Below the pieces are notes generated by a model. The model was not told where the DNA came from. It worked only from the letters and a program-made list of their open reading frames with translations, and ran no database searches. A stretch of 61,567 nt of DNA, filler included, from Bipalium vagum (lineage: Eukaryota), in assembly GCA_037834085.1 (NCBI GenBank). It is 3 parts of 3 records of this genome, joined end to end, with 100 filler letters (N's around TTAATTAATTAA, not from the genome) between each part and the next. Parts side by side here need not be neighbours in the genome. Positions count along the whole stretch, not along the records: positions 1 to 20,657 come from JBBMKC010248400.1; 2 more parts are not named here. The stretch is one strand, 5' to 3'. Both the position numbers and the translations under genes were made by a program. Of this stretch, positions 1-14,136 are shown piece by piece. How positions within the stretch are numbered: position 1 is the first letter of the stretch; the number at the start of each line of letters is the position of its first letter.

Positions 1-221
1 TTAATAAAACAAATTTTCCTTTATTAATTCATACTGCAAAATTAAGTTTCATAAACCGCCATTAATTTCTTTACAACCTAATACCATTTCTATAATGAAA
101 ATCAGTGATTACAGTTCACGCACAATTTCAAAATACCAAAGTCTTTAGCCAAATTGTTAGTAAAACATTGAATGATAACGATTTTATGGTAGGAATACTC
201 TATCATATATTGGATCATATA

Positions 222-320
222 TTAGCCAAAAGAAAATACAATCGTATTCACCAACTTAATGGCTCGTTGGCGGAATGGAGCAAACAAACAAAAACTTATT
301 TGAAGACGTAACAATAATCA
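222..320 (+). mobile_element. Merlin/IS1595 (ISXO2-like) transposase fragment
   Basis: LAKRKYNRIHQLNG, then VGGMEQTNKN in a shifted frame, match the Merlin motif KRKYNRGHxxxGxWVxGGxER and the longer copy at 23.6 kb. Confidence 0.5.
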
Positions 321-599
321 ATCAATGGAAGGCAATTTAAAAACCAAACTTTAACAAATTTTACTGGATCACAATGATGTCATTATTTACATTAAAATAT
401 GTTTCATATATTTTGTACTTATATTGCTTAAAATTAAAGTGTCTTAACCTCGACGAAGGTTAGCTATAAATGTTCTTATTTAATAAAAACTATAATGTTA
501 ATATTGTGTTAATTAAATTATAAAATATAATAATCGATAAACAAACACTAAAAATAATTAAATTGTGAACACTTTATGGAATATTAGTAATTTAAACAA

Positions 600-925
600 A
601 AAATATGACCTTTTAAAATTGTCAATACATATATTAAATTTCACCCATTATTAGTAACTGGTCAAATGAAAGATGAATATGGCGGAAAAATAATATTTAT
701 TAAGAAAGAATAAAAACGTAATGAAAAATTTTAAAAATTAACAAACAAATAATTAAATCGAAAATCAATATGGATCTATAGTTTTAATAAAGATTGTTAT
801 GTGCATGTATCATATCTTTCAGGACAACAAGATAAAATAATAACAAAACAAATAATTAACTTTGAGTCACAAAAATCGGAAAAAATCATTTTTGAAGGTG
901 TAATAAATACTAAACCATTTTTATT
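600..925 (+). pseudogene. Maverick/Polinton protein-primed DNA polymerase B, C-terminal relic
   Basis: KFHPLLVTGQMKDEYGGKIIF (~638-700) matches the pPolB motif HPL...GKMKDExxG. INFESQK and EGVINTKPF follow in the expected order. Heavily decayed. Confidence 0.45.
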
Positions 926-1461
926 TATCAATTAAAATTTTTCCTGTTGATTAAAAGAAGCAATTAATTTCTTAATTATCAATCAAAAATTAATTATTCA
1001 AAAATATGGAGGAAAAAAGTAATTAAGTAATACAAGAAAACGAAAAAGATGAAAATGGTATCATTATTAATGATTTGAATTAAGGTGTGTGGAATGCGTC
1101 GAATTTACAATTATAAAATAAAGACCCAAAGAAAATAAATTAAAATGATTTTTATTGTTTTTCATTGTAGAAGTTAGTGAAAGTAATTTTTTAATTACAA
1201 TTTAACCTTTTTAAATTATCTCTGAAATTCGAATGAATGAACTTTTGAATCCGCTCAGTTTGAATTATCAAATTTTGTGAAAATATTTTTAAGTTCTAAG
1301 ACCGCTTATTTATATATATATGTATATATTCTGAGTGGTGGAAATTATTATTTTTAATTTTTTAAAAATTCTTTTCTCTTTTTAAAAAAAATATACATTT
1401 TTTTAAAAAAAAATTTTAAATTAATTAATTTGAGCAAACAAATATATATATATAGTAACAG

Positions 1462-2164
1462 GTTATCAATACTGGTCTGGATTTTTTAAATTCCACCTCA
1501 AGTCTTCCTAATTGGTCACAATAAGCCTGTTCTGTGATAGTTATGTTACGTGGTAAAAGATATTAATATATTATTCCACGGTAATCCCACCAAACAGACA
1601 TCATAATTCGGCGAGGATGAAGGTCTGGTTTGGCAGTGGGTATCGGCTTCTGGCCAGACGTAAGCCATTGCCTTTTTCTTTTCATGTTGACGTAGCACAC
1701 CCACTTCTCATCTCCTGTTACAATTCTTTTTAAAAAATTATCGTTATTGAATCTTTGGAGAAGAGAAGAACAAGTCAACAATCTGCGCTTTTAGTTGTTT
1801 TCACATAAGCAATGAGGAATCCATAACCTTTGCCTGTTGACTTTGCATAATTCATGAAGATGAGTGGCAATGGTAGTGTGGGAGACCTAAAGGTGATCTC
1901 CAAAATGCCCTCAGTACACATAGGATCTCCCTCGATAAGAGATAGAAGAAGATTGTTATCCAAATTTGATGAACTTCTTCCTCTTCTTTCGGAAATATCA
2001 AAATTTCCGCCTTTAAATCTTCTAAACCATATTTGACATTTATCTAGTGACAGATTACATTCAGGATAGGTTGCTGTTAAGTTTTTAAATGCATTTAAGC
2101 TGGTTGACCCCTTTCTAAATTCATATATCAAACAATGCCTGATATGAATTTCTTCAGGATTCAT
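1462..2164 (-). mobile_element. mariner (DD34D) transposase pseudogene, 3'-truncated
   Basis: ORFs 1775-2164 (HIRHCLIYEFRKG...WFRRFKGGNF, HTH) and 1563-1781 (FLKRIVTGDEKWV, KPDLHPRRIMMSVWWD). Frameshifted. Confidence 0.9.
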
Positions 2165-3264
2165 CTAAAATTAATTTTATCTAATTATTTAAAATGTTGC
2201 AAAATTATTAAATCAAACTAATCAGTAAAACAACATGTTACTAATTTAAATAAATAGTAATTATAAATTATTTTTATTTATTGTTGAGAAATATGGTCTC
2301 AAAAATTAGTTAATAATAAGTTGGATTTTGAACTTTACAACCTTATATATATATTACAAAATATAACTAAAATCAAAGAATATTTTATGGGATCAAAAAT
2401 AAGAAAAAATAATCATCAATAGTTTGAAAATGAAATCCGAAAAGTTCATTTTAAATTTGTTTTCGTTTGAAAATTTGATTTTTTTTTCTTGGTATTTCCG
2501 TTTCTTATAATAAATATTATCATTTCTTGAGGAAATCCCAATAGTTACAGATAATTGGAAAGCGGTACCAATTTTCTTAAGGAATCTATTTAGACGCGAA
2601 GATATTTTAAACATTATTAATAATATTATTATATCTTAATTAGAAAATAAATTCTTAATTTTCTTTGTTATGTATTTTTCAAAGATATAGTTTTTCACTA
2701 TAATCTTGTTAATACTTGATGAAATAATCGAAAATTAACTTTATATTCTTAGTTTCAATCTGGTTTTTATTCTACTATTTGTTGAAACAAAAGAAATACT
2801 CAGTTCAAACGAAAAAACTTTATTGTTTTCACAATTCCCTTTCATAATCAAATCTTTATAATCTTAATGACAATACAAAGGAAATGAGAATAATAATCAT
2901 TGGTCAATAATGTTAATCAAATATCACAAAAATACTAATCGAATCAAATATCAATGATGATATCATCATATATTCAATGAATTAATAAATTGAATTTATA
3001 AAATCATAAAAATAAAATAATAATCTCTATATTACAAAGTAAAATAAGAAAAAACTCTATAACGCTCTTACCAACTAATAAAATTTGACTAACGCCTTGG
3101 TCATCAGTTAGATACCTTTCGGTTATCTATAAACCACCAAATTAAGGAGCTTTAAATTGATTATAAAAAACATTTTTAAGAATTAACAAGTTAATTCAAG
3201 AGCAACCCTCTTATTCAAGAAACCATGGCAAAATAGTATATAAAGAGAAGGGTTTTCGGTGTTA

Positions 3265-4538
3265 CAGGTTACGGTGTTATCCCATAAGTCCCCGCGGAAA
3301 GTAAACTTAAATATTTCTTAAGCAGATTGAGATATTTAATCGCTTGCTTTATAAAATTAAAGACAAATCTTTAATTTTTATTTCATATAAAAATATTCAC
3401 AATAATTGTTCGAAATGAATACCATTAACTGATATAAATAGATTCATCATTTTTACAATATTTAAAAATACGCTATTCAAAGTTTCTGTGGTAACACTTT
3501 TTATTTCTTCGATGATTTTTGTTTTCAAATCGTCAATATTTTTGATTTTAGATTTGTATATCTTATTCTTTAAATGGCCCCATAAATAGAAGTCAAGAGA
3601 AGTTAAATCTGGTGAACGTGGATCCCATCGAATTGAACCACCTCTTCCAATCCACGTGTTCGGAAAATGAGAGTCAAGATACTGTCGTACATTTGTAGAA
3701 AAGTGCACAGGAGCTCTATCTTGCTGAAATACCAGAGACCATACTTTTTACATTTTCCTCACTTCAAACATAAAATAGTATTGAAGCATTGATAGATAAT
3801 TTTGGCCATTAACAGTCTCATCTTCAAAGAAATACGTACCGATAATTTTATTTTTTGACAAAGCACACCAAATATTTACCTTCTCGGATTTTCTAGCAGT
3901 TTCAAAAGTAACATGTGGATTACTTTTTGACCAATATCCGACGTTATGTTTATTTACTAATCCTTTTAGGTATCCACATTTTCTAACATTGGGATCAGGG
4001 TTTTGCACAACTCAACTCTGTCTTGCAAATCTTCTTCATGTAATTCCTGTGTGAAATGGACCTTAAAGGATTTCAATGATAATTCTTCTCTCATAATTCG
4101 ATGGTTGTTGTTCGCGAAATGGAGCAGGTGGTTGCAACAGATCGAACACTGCATTGTGGGTCAATTTCAATAACTTCACTCATTTTTTGAACTTCATTTT
4201 TAGTGATCAGCCTTGGTCTTCCAGAACGTTCACGATCTTTCACCGAGCCAATCTCACAAAAACGATGAAAAGTCTCTCTTATAGCACTTGGTGAGGTTTT
4301 CCAAAATTCGGCATTTAATTTACGTTGATCAACACAAATTGAGTTGAATTTCGTCATTAACAGTACAATTTTGATTTTTAACTTCAAATCAAGCGGCATT
4401 TGCTAAATCTAATTTTAAAATATTAAAACAAAACTTAGACTTCAATACTTTAATATTATATAAATAGAAACTTCAATCGATTGAATTTAATGAAAGATAT
4501 TTAAGTTTACTTTCCACTGGGACTTATGGGACACCCTG
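3265..4538 (-). mobile_element. Full-length Tc1/mariner-superfamily (DD37D/maT-like) element with TIRs; frameshifted transposase
   Basis: The right end reads CAGGGTGTCCCATAAGTCCCAGTGGAAAGTAAACTTAAATAT on the minus strand and matches the left end at 3265-3314. TA flanks both ends (3263-64, 4539-40). ORFs 4091-4399 (RSGRPR), 3748-4008 (KVNIWCALS..IIGTYFFE) and 3397-3708 (WIGRGG..WDPRSPDLTSLDFYLWG). Confidence 0.92.
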
Positions 4539-4599
4539 TAAAACAGAAGAATGGAACAAACATTATTGCAGAAGAAGTGCTATTACGGAAACAGTATTA

Positions 4600-5043
4600 T
4601 GTTCTGATCAGTTTATTAGGATTTTTTTCGTGTTCCACATCAGAGGGCTATCTCTGAGAAACCACAAGAGCTCAACTGATAGTTCCAGAATCTCGATAAG
4701 GTTTATTTTATAAGGTATTTTCCTTTATTTATTAACTTCATTATTGCTTAATTTGTATTCAATTTTGGTTATCATTTGATTATGAAATTTGATTGTTGAA
4801 GCATTGTGAAATTGTTCAATTAGACAATTTGGTAATCAGTATCAAATTTATCCTCATATCTATGTGACAATTTGATGGTTGCTATCCTTGTTATTTGGAA
4901 TTTTTTTGACGATTTGTTAAAGTGTTATCGTTATTATCTTACGAGTACCATTTATGCATTGTGGTATAAGTCCAGGTTATTGCTTTACTGATTGTTGTAA
5001 GAATCGGAGTCAGTTAAAATTCAAGATATTAGATATTTGAACA
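4600..5043 (+). repeat. Diverged partial copy of the LTR-like repeat also at 31989-32414 and 49600-50392
   Basis: Shares the CAGAGggCTaTCTCTgAG...CTCAaCTGATAGT block and the GGAGTCAG-TTAAA...TATTTGAACA terminus with the other copies. Confidence 0.55.
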
Positions 5044-6169
5044 ATAATATGTGATATTATAAGTTCCCGATAGATTTTGTGCATTTATTAAAATAATGTC
5101 TCTACATTTTCCTTTAAAAAAAATTTAGAATACGAAAAATAAATGAAATCGGTTTCCTATTAATTAATTAAAAGAACAAGTGAATGATGTAAATGCAAAT
5201 AATGTTTTCATTAAAAAAAATAATCGTGCAATAAATGCCTACAAGTATTGATATTACTTGATGAAATGGAAAATCTAATTTCATATGACAATAAGCATAT
5301 ACATCTGTACAGCAATGTTTTCTTTGATATGGAGATAATTTGATGTGACAATAATATGATGAATCGTCATGAAGAGATCCTCAGATTGCTGGAATAAATA
5401 ATTAATCTCACTGGCAACTTTTGCCTAATTCGAAATATTTTTTATTGAAAATTAAAAATTATAGAATCCCATTATCCACAGACTTTCCCATCCGACGACA
5501 CTGAGCGATAAATTGTTTCAGTAAAAATTAATTATTGTGATTAACTTTTGGACAAATTTATTAATTAATTTTTGATTTCTCCTCGATTTTAAAATTAAAT
5601 TTATTACGATTTGTAATAAGATTTTCAGACGACCAAATTAAAACAAAATATTCAAGGTACACGTACATTCCAAAATATTATTTTTTCGAAAAAAATTAAA
5701 AAGCGAACTTGCCATTTTGTGCCATTTTTTTATAAAATATATTAATAATTATAAATAATAAAATAATAGTAATATTTTATAAGAAATATTTATGGAACAC
5801 GAATTTTCACAGAAAATTAAATAATGTGTTATTTTATTTGCCTTAAGACTAAATGCTTTTATTAATTATATTTTTTAATTTAGGAACTGTTTTAAATAAA
5901 ATTAAATAAATTGTAAATTATAAACGTTTCGATTTAATTAAATTATTGTGTCCATGTTGGTTGGACATGGATACAATTAATTTCGTGTATTTAATTTAAT
6001 TATCATATTATTTCCATGGCTGATTGAAACAAAAAATTAAATAAAATTTTTTAAACAATTATTATTTTATTCAGGTTCCTGTGATAAGCTAAATAACTAT
6101 TAAAAATTGTTTTTAAGTCTCCTCTTTTAGGTAAATTATTGTAACATTATGTGTAGCAGTTAAGTCTGA

Positions 6170-6800
6170 ATACTTTTTAGAATGAAGACACACACTTACT
6201 TTGAAAACAGTATTACACTTTTATTAACAATATTTCCAATCGTTTGATGCAACATTTGCCCAAATTTCGGGAAGCCTATGAATACCTTGGAAAAAACGTT
6301 TTCCGAAACAATATATTTCTCCAGCTACTTTTTAAAGCCTTCCATAATTACGGAAGCGTTTATGACGGACTCCATCGATAAACAAAAAGTAATCAAATTG
6401 TGCCATTATAGAGAAATTGGAAATTGCTGTGCATGACGATTAAAGTCTACTTTTTCACCTGGTTTTAATATCTCGTAGAAGAGCAGCCCATTCTGATAAC
6501 ACCAGATGCATAGTAAAGCTTTTTGTTCATGAATATTGAGTTTTACAATGAAAGTTATTGGCGGTCCCGGAAAAGCAGGCGTTTATAGTTATCAAAATAA
6601 ATTTAATTTTCGCAAAAAACGAAACTTCTAAATCGGTTGAACTGTCGTTCGAAGGTGTTTGGAAAAAGAGTAAGACCACTATATTGTTTTATAATTTGAC
6701 GATGACTTTCAGCTGGAGTTTTTTAATTGAATAAAAACAGAATGAATGACGCAGCTGTTCTTTTGTTCGCTCATATATTGCCAAATGTTTAATTGCTAAA
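6170..6800 (-). mobile_element. mariner transposase relic
   Basis: The minus strand reads HEQKALLCIWCYQNGLLFYEILKPGEKVD (~6445-6532), the mariner K.MLCIWWD..G.I.YELL.PG region. Confidence 0.7.
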
Positions 6801-7387
6801 GTATGAAATTGTCAGTATCATAAGTTATGATTGCTGTTAATTTGAACAGCTTATATTGAAGTTTTAAAAATAGGTTAATTAGATCCATAAAACAACCTGG
6901 TATCAACAGATTTTAAAATAATATTTGGTGTGTCAGTAAAAACGCTCAAAAGAACAGCAAAGGGGCTAAGTCAGAAGATTCAGGATGATGACAATAACCA
7001 ATTCAAAATCAAAGAACAAAAGTAATTTATCTTTGTTTGAACACAAATCATTTTAGCTTAAGTAAATATTTTGATGTTTTGAAATTTTATATTATTATTA
7101 TTATGTTATTTGTAAAACATTTTCATTATTTTAGCTTTTGTACCCATTGCTATGGGATTGGAGAGAAACATTTAAAATTGTGGATATAAATAGATAAATA
7201 AGATTTTTTAGAAATTCATTGGTCCTACTTTGTTTGGAATTAAAAACTCTATAATATAGTATATTATTGATTATAAAATGTATTCCAATAACACTTTATC
7301 ATTATTTTATATCCACCATTTTAAGATACGAAACCTTCAAAGCCATGTCTTGTGCGTCTTGTTTCCATCTAAGTCACTGAAATCGAA

Positions 7388-7579
7388 ATGTTTATGAAAG
7401 TCACTGGTCAATCTAGAAGAATAATCATGAGAGATCTGAAGAAAATTTGTGAAGGGAATACCCTAGACAAGCAAGCTGGAAGTGGAAGACCTCGAAAAAT
7501 TAGAATTAATGATAAAAGACAACTCACAATTAACTTTGAATATTTTTCATGTCATCAAATGAAATTGCCATTGAAATGA
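7388..7579 (+). mobile_element. Tc1-like transposase N-terminal HTH fragment
   Basis: ..GNTLDKQAGSGRPRKIRINDKRQL contains the GRPR motif. Confidence 0.5.
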
Positions 7580-9462
7580 AGAAGAGAGTAAATAAAACAC
7601 CAATTTAATTATTTCAATTTATTAAATTTTTTAATGAAATTTAAATTTAATTAATTAATACAAAACTCTATTTTTAATATTAATATAATTAAGTAATATA
7701 ATATTTTTATATTATTATTTACTGAAAATTTTCTTTATTCAACTCTAGCATAGACATTTTGGATATAGGACAAAATAGAATAAGCAGTTGAAAAAAATTA
7801 ATTTAATAAAAAATATAAATGAAAACTTAGGCAAATAAATTAGACAGTTCTGACAAATATTTATGTAATCAAACAATAACCACTCTATTTAAACAATTAC
7901 AGCTAACTTTTCAATATCATTTAAACTCTAAAACTTTTATGTATATATAAGATTTAATTAGAAAGGTTCAATTATTTATATATTTATATAATAGGTTGTT
8001 CGGAAATTGATAATGTGCTTAATTTTAAATTCCTAAGATGAAATGCTTAAGGTTTGAGTTAAACAGACAACACATAAGAAGTCGGATTGTCAGAATGATT
8101 TATATGCTCGTATCGTTTGGAGAAAGGTTAAACTTCAAAATATTATAAAAATAGTTTCAGTAGATTCAAATACCAAATAATCGTTATTATAATCAATAAA
8201 ATATAGAAACACTGAATCAAAGATTAAAAAATCAGAAAAAATCAATTTGACAGACAATGGATTGAATAAAAATTTCATCTTTTAAAAAATCAATTGATTG
8301 AGATCAATAATTTTTTTACAATAGTATATTTTATTAAATCTTTTTCCAATTTGAAATTTACAAATTGTTTAAGGACAAAAGGACATATGAAAGAAAGGAT
8401 AAGGGAGAGCAGTATGGGATCGCACTCTTAAGACTCCTCACTAAAAATTCGGTTATTCGACCTATTTGACATGAAGAATACAAAACAAGAAAGATACTAA
8501 TAATAACAAAGACAAATTATTTTATCTTATCAGTAGAAGATAAGAGATGCTAATATACTGGATGGGGACAATCTCGTATCCTAGCTTCTTCATCTTTTTG
8601 TGCAACAAAATTTATTTATTTCTGCTGACAATCGAAGGTTGAATAATCTCTAATTGTTGTACACAAGTTCCAATTGGATACAGTAAACTTCCCAGTTATC
8701 ACTTAACCGGAGTTTATGAATTTATAATGAAAAAAAGCTGCCGGACACCACAAGACGGGTATCAATATCTTTATGGAAACTTTGTTTTGCAGAAGAATTT
8801 TGAATGAAACAATTATCTACTCGCTTTGATGAACGTTTACGGTTATCATAAAGAGTTCGTGTTTTATTATTCGTTGCAAAAATAAATCAAATTTTTCCTT
8901 TGAATTTGCTTAGAACCGATCAATTAATAAACACGTTATCCAAAGCTCTATTTACATTTTTCATAGCTTCCTCTGCAATATTTTCGAGTTTAAATTCATA
9001 GAATTTAATTGTTCTCATTTTCTATTTTGCAAACATTTTTAAAATGATGATAAAATTTCAAAAATTGAAGCAGTAAAACAGGGCCCTAAATAATAATATT
9101 GATTCTTGTTTATGCCTAAGCTTTATATTTATATATCTTATGACATTGCAAAAATAGTTTTAAAAAATTCTTATGGAAATACCTAACATAAAAACCTTAT
9201 TGATTTCCGAACAATCCAATAAGAAATCCTTATTTTATTACTAAATAAAACATTCGTATCTCAATTTGTTGAAGGTTGATCAATAAATCTAAAATAATTA
9301 ATCAATAATTAACTTTTTTATTCGAAACGCTTGAATTCTTTCACTTCATATGTTGTGACATTCATTTATTTTGCTGCAGATCTATATGGAACATAGTTGT
9401 CAAAATATTTAGAATGTCCCAGAATAAAAAAAATAAAACTATTAATAATATAGAAATAACTT

Positions 9463-9463
<1 letters not shown>

Positions 9464-9501
<38 letters not shown>

Positions 9502-9520
9502 TAATAATAATAATAATAAT
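9464..9520. repeat. (AAT)n microsatellite
   Basis: Directly visible. Confidence 0.9.
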
Positions 9521-12083
9521 TAATTAGTGTATTCTAGTAACAATTGCTTGCGATGATCAGGATTAGTGTATTCAACTAACTTTTCATCGAATTCTTTTCC
9601 TAAATGAATCTCAATCATGCCTTATGAGGTTAACATTACACACTGTAATCCATATAGATTTTATTTGTCCAATAAAGCATATAGTTCCCATCTTCCACTC
9701 TAAATAATTTCCCAATTTCATTTAAGTGAACTATATTAGACCTTAGATGATCTCAAATGGAAAAGTTATCGAAAGGATGATCACATATTACAGTTTCATT
9801 TTGTTTTTAATATTTGCAACTTGTTTATTTAAATCCTGAGTTCCATTTTCATACCATTATTCTTCATTCATCACTGCATTTTATTACTTTGAAATAAACA
9901 ATAGATAGGCCGAAAATACTCAGGAAATTTGGAATTTTAGACTCTAGAACGAGCACCGGCGAGAATAGAAACACTTTAGTGTTAATTTTATGTTATGTTG
10001 TTAGTGAAAACAATTTCAATGTCATTGGTTATTAAATACAACTTTAAACTTAAGTTCATTGTTACTCATTCAGTAGTCTTTGGAGTGCTTTTAGGTTAAT
10101 ATTTTCCAAATATTAACAAATTATATACTTAAAAAGACAAAAAAACGCTGTGGCAAGAATACACAAACCAATATCCAATTAAGGATACCGGGTATTCAAG
10201 TTATTACACTTTATTAATAGTTTAAAAACAAATGATTGTTCATTCTTCCTACAGATGACGAATTCCTCACAATCTTACATTTTTACAAAGATACAAAATA
10301 CGTATTTTCTAAACAAAATTGAGTAAAAAAATCTTTTTAATTTTATCAAAAATTTACAAAAAGTAATATGTACATCAATCAAATTTTTATTCGAACTGTC
10401 CGATTACTCATTTTCACATTTTCACAGGCTGTTGAAGTTTTTTCTGTCACGCTCTACACAGCTTGTATAATATGTTTGGGTTATCTTTTTTCCGTGGTAA
10501 ATTATCTCTCAGTTTCAGTTTTAAAAAATAACTCTACAAGTCGAATTTGATATGTAAGACATTGCTAAAAATAAAAAAAAATTTAAATAAGTACACTTAT
10601 TATTTTCATTATTTATGCATTTAAACAAAACAAAATAAAAAAACTAGAATTTCAAAAAATCCCCAAATCAGGTGATTCGATTAAATATAATGCTTTTTAA
10701 TAATACTTTCTCAAGATTAAAAAAAAGCTTTTATTTATGAACTTTTAACTTGAACACTCGGTATGTTGAGATAATCAATAGATTAATGTGTAGAATAACT
10801 TGGGTTAATTATTATGCTGGTAATAAGAAAATTAAATCGCCTAAAATTATATTTTAAAAACCTAAAAAATATCATTTCGAATAAAAATTTAACTAATCCT
10901 AAAAACTCGACATAAAAGTTTTAGTTTAATATGTTCTGCATATAAAATCAAAAAATTATTTAATTCCTAATTTCAGATGGCAGAAACTTTTTATTCAAAA
11001 TTGATTTGAGAATAAATAATTTATTATCTTATTCTTGTATATTTAAAAATATAAAATAAAATAATTTTCTTTTGTTCGAAGATTAATTTTGTTTTTATTT
11101 ACGATAAAAAAAATTATCCAGACTCTCTAAAGAGTAACATAAAAACCCAGTGATTATTTTCAATTTTTCTCATTATTTTCTTTTCTAAATTTAAAATTTT
11201 AACATTAAAAAACTTCTTAGAATAATAATTTTAAGAGAATACTTTAAAAGATTCGATTAAAACTTAAAAGAAACTCGAAAATGTCAAATATGACAACTCT
11301 TTATATTTATATTGATTTATTTACATATTTATAATGAAAAAAAGATTTAATTAAAAATTGAGAATAATTCGTTAAATCAAATTATATAAGACAGTATTAA
11401 TTTTAATATTTTAATTAATTTTTGAGAAAATTCCTTTGTGGACAATTTATTGAGTGGTTCTTTTAAAATTCTTTTTTCGTTTAAGAGCATTCCAAATCTT
11501 AATTCTCTTAAACTTACATTTTTATTATTATTTATTATTGATTTCAAATATATCTTCACTTTTTGTCATCCATATAACTTAAACTGAATAAATTTATTAA
11601 AATGTTAAATGTTATGTTAAATTTTCTAATATATTAAATTAATAAATAATATTAAAATAATATAATATTTTTTAATGAATATTGTAAAAACACCTTTTAA
11701 AAAAGATTTATACATAAATGAACTATATATTTTTTTTTACTGAATAAATTTTTTTAATCTAAATATTTTTTATATTTTTACTCTAATCGTATATGGAGTG
11801 ATGCATTTAGAAGCGCATGAACATTAAGTTAATTAGTCGAAAGATTATCTCAGTATCCATATTCATTTCAATTTTGATAAATTGAGATGGTGACGGCTTT
11901 AGTGTGAAAAAAAGAAAAATGTAGTTTATATAATTGTCGAATTTATTTCTATTTCATTTTTCAAATAATTATTTATATTTATATTTCATTTTTTTCTCAG
12001 TTTTATTTCAAATACATTTTAATAAATAAAAATAATCTGAATTAAAAAATCATTTTCACTCAGAAATTATGTATATCTATATA

Positions 12084-13690
12084 CTAGACCTGTGGAATTT
12101 AATGATTAATTAATCGATAAATCGATAATTTATTTTAACTATTAATTTAAAAATTAAAGATTAAACTTTCGATTAATTTTAATTTGCTTATATATTACTA
12201 AATTAATTTTTATATTTTAAATTAAAAAAAGATTTTAAAGTGTATATTAAATATTTTCTAATCATGTTTCACAAACTTAAAAGAATCATAATATCGAATG
12301 CAGAAGGTTCAGCAGATCCAATCAAGCAGCACTCTAAATATTAGACAACTTCCATAAAATAAAGAGAATTTTGATTTCAAATTTTTGGTCGGGAATGTGA
12401 ATAATTCTGGTAAAGCTTTTATTCTATATTTTTGTATGATTTATATATACTGATTGTGTAATATTTTTGTCAAAGAAGCTCAAAGAAGCAAGTATTTCTA
12501 ATATATAAAAAGAAATTACTTCTAAAATTATCATTAATACAAAGATTAGTTAATTCCTTAATTATGTGGAGAATAAACAATAAGAGTCTCAGCAATTATT
12601 CACAAATTATACAATGAAAACTAGTTCAATGAGTGAACATCTTTTTAATGTTCTAGAGAGCTTGGTGAAAACATCCGTAAATTTTGATAGAAAAATAACT
12701 CGTACTAACTATTGAAAGCCTAACTAAAAGTTTTAAAAAAATTAAGAAACTCAGAATTTTGGAAAAAATTTGAAACCAAAAAAAAAGAAAATGAAAAATC
12801 ACATAAATTAATTTTTTATTTTTTAATTTTTTAACACATTAATTAAGGAGAAAATAAATATATGATCATTACAAGGAAAGAAAAATCTGTAAATCATCAC
12901 TAAGCAAAAACTGAAACCAGAATTTAATTCACAAAATAGAAGAAGCAGAAATCAGTGAATGACCAATGTACTCTTTATTAATAATTTATTTTCATTTGAA
13001 AAAACACCTTTTTTAGGATTATTTTTTAAAAAATATTATTGAAATTTTTTTTAAAAGGAATTTTATATTTAAATTTTATTTATTTATAAAAAATCTCTAT
13101 TTTCCTTAAATCAGAGAATGTTGAACAGAGAGAACAGAAAAGGAAAATATCCAGAACAATCTCATTCAATATTAAGAAAGTTAAGTTTCGAAAACATACT
13201 GTTAAACCGTTATGATACCCTCTATCCAGTTCAGGTCACACTCTTCAGACTTTTAATTGTTTATCACTTAAAAACAGAACTTGAGATACAGGTAATATAC
13301 TCACAATGATGATCTTTTTTGTGTCATGAATGAATTTTTGAAGAACAAGTCTGAAGTTTTCTTTAAGAATGCTTTCCTAGATCTCGCATGGATAAATTGA
13401 ATGGAATTTAAAGGAAATTATTTTGAGAAATAGTTTTCATGTTGCCTGAATATTTTATTTTCATTTTACTATAAGTTTTGTATGTATTTCTATACTACTG
13501 TTAAATTCCTAAAAAATTGATAAGAAAATTGGATTAAAAATATCAACATTGGGCTGTAGGCAACTTAACAATCAAAAGAATTTATGGAGTACATGTTTGG
13601 AACAAAGTGTGAAAATAGGATTAAAAAATATGTACTTGCACAGTGTAAAATTAAATCGATCGTGAAACAAAAATGGTAATAAAAATCAAT
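12084..13690 (+). mobile_element. Probable highly decayed hAT element
   Basis: TAGACCTGTG terminus followed by repeated ATCGAT/TTAAT subterminal motifs. Traces resemble the BED-finger S.TxNxxxHL and TRWxS motifs. No intact ORF. Confidence 0.3.
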
Positions 13691-13774
13691 TAAATAAATT
13701 AAAAACATTTTAAAGACTTACTTTTATTTTTAATCAATAAAAATCAAGTAAAAACAAATTATATAATAAAACGT

Positions 13775-14136
13775 CTAACTAAAAGATAATCCTTCACAAT
13801 TATCTAGTAAAATGCGGAAAGGCTCTGGGACAATATACCATCTTAACCGCTGAGTAAATTGTAAGCAAAAAGAGAAGAAAAAGAAAATATTAATCTAAAT
13901 GAATAAATCTAGTGATCGATGAACTAGTGATTATTGCAACGATAATTTTATTTTTAAAATCTTCTCCAATCATAATCAAATCGTCAAATTGAATTTTAAA
14001 AACTTTTATAATAATAATAATGTAATAATATTACCGATTGAGCTTCTGAAATTATGTGCTTTTCTTGTAATCGTCGAATTAAGATGTCAAGTAATTTTTG
14101 AGTCATTTCGATTTTGTGATTTTTGTCTACTTTTCT
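13775..14136 (-). CDS. Two phase-compatible candidate exons of an unknown gene (14136-14035, 13849-13775)
   Basis: AG/GT boundaries and a phase-0 join give RKVDKNHKIEMTQKLLDILIRRLQEKHIISEAQS-RLRWYIVPEPFRILLDNCEGLSFS*. No recognisable domain. Confidence 0.25.
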
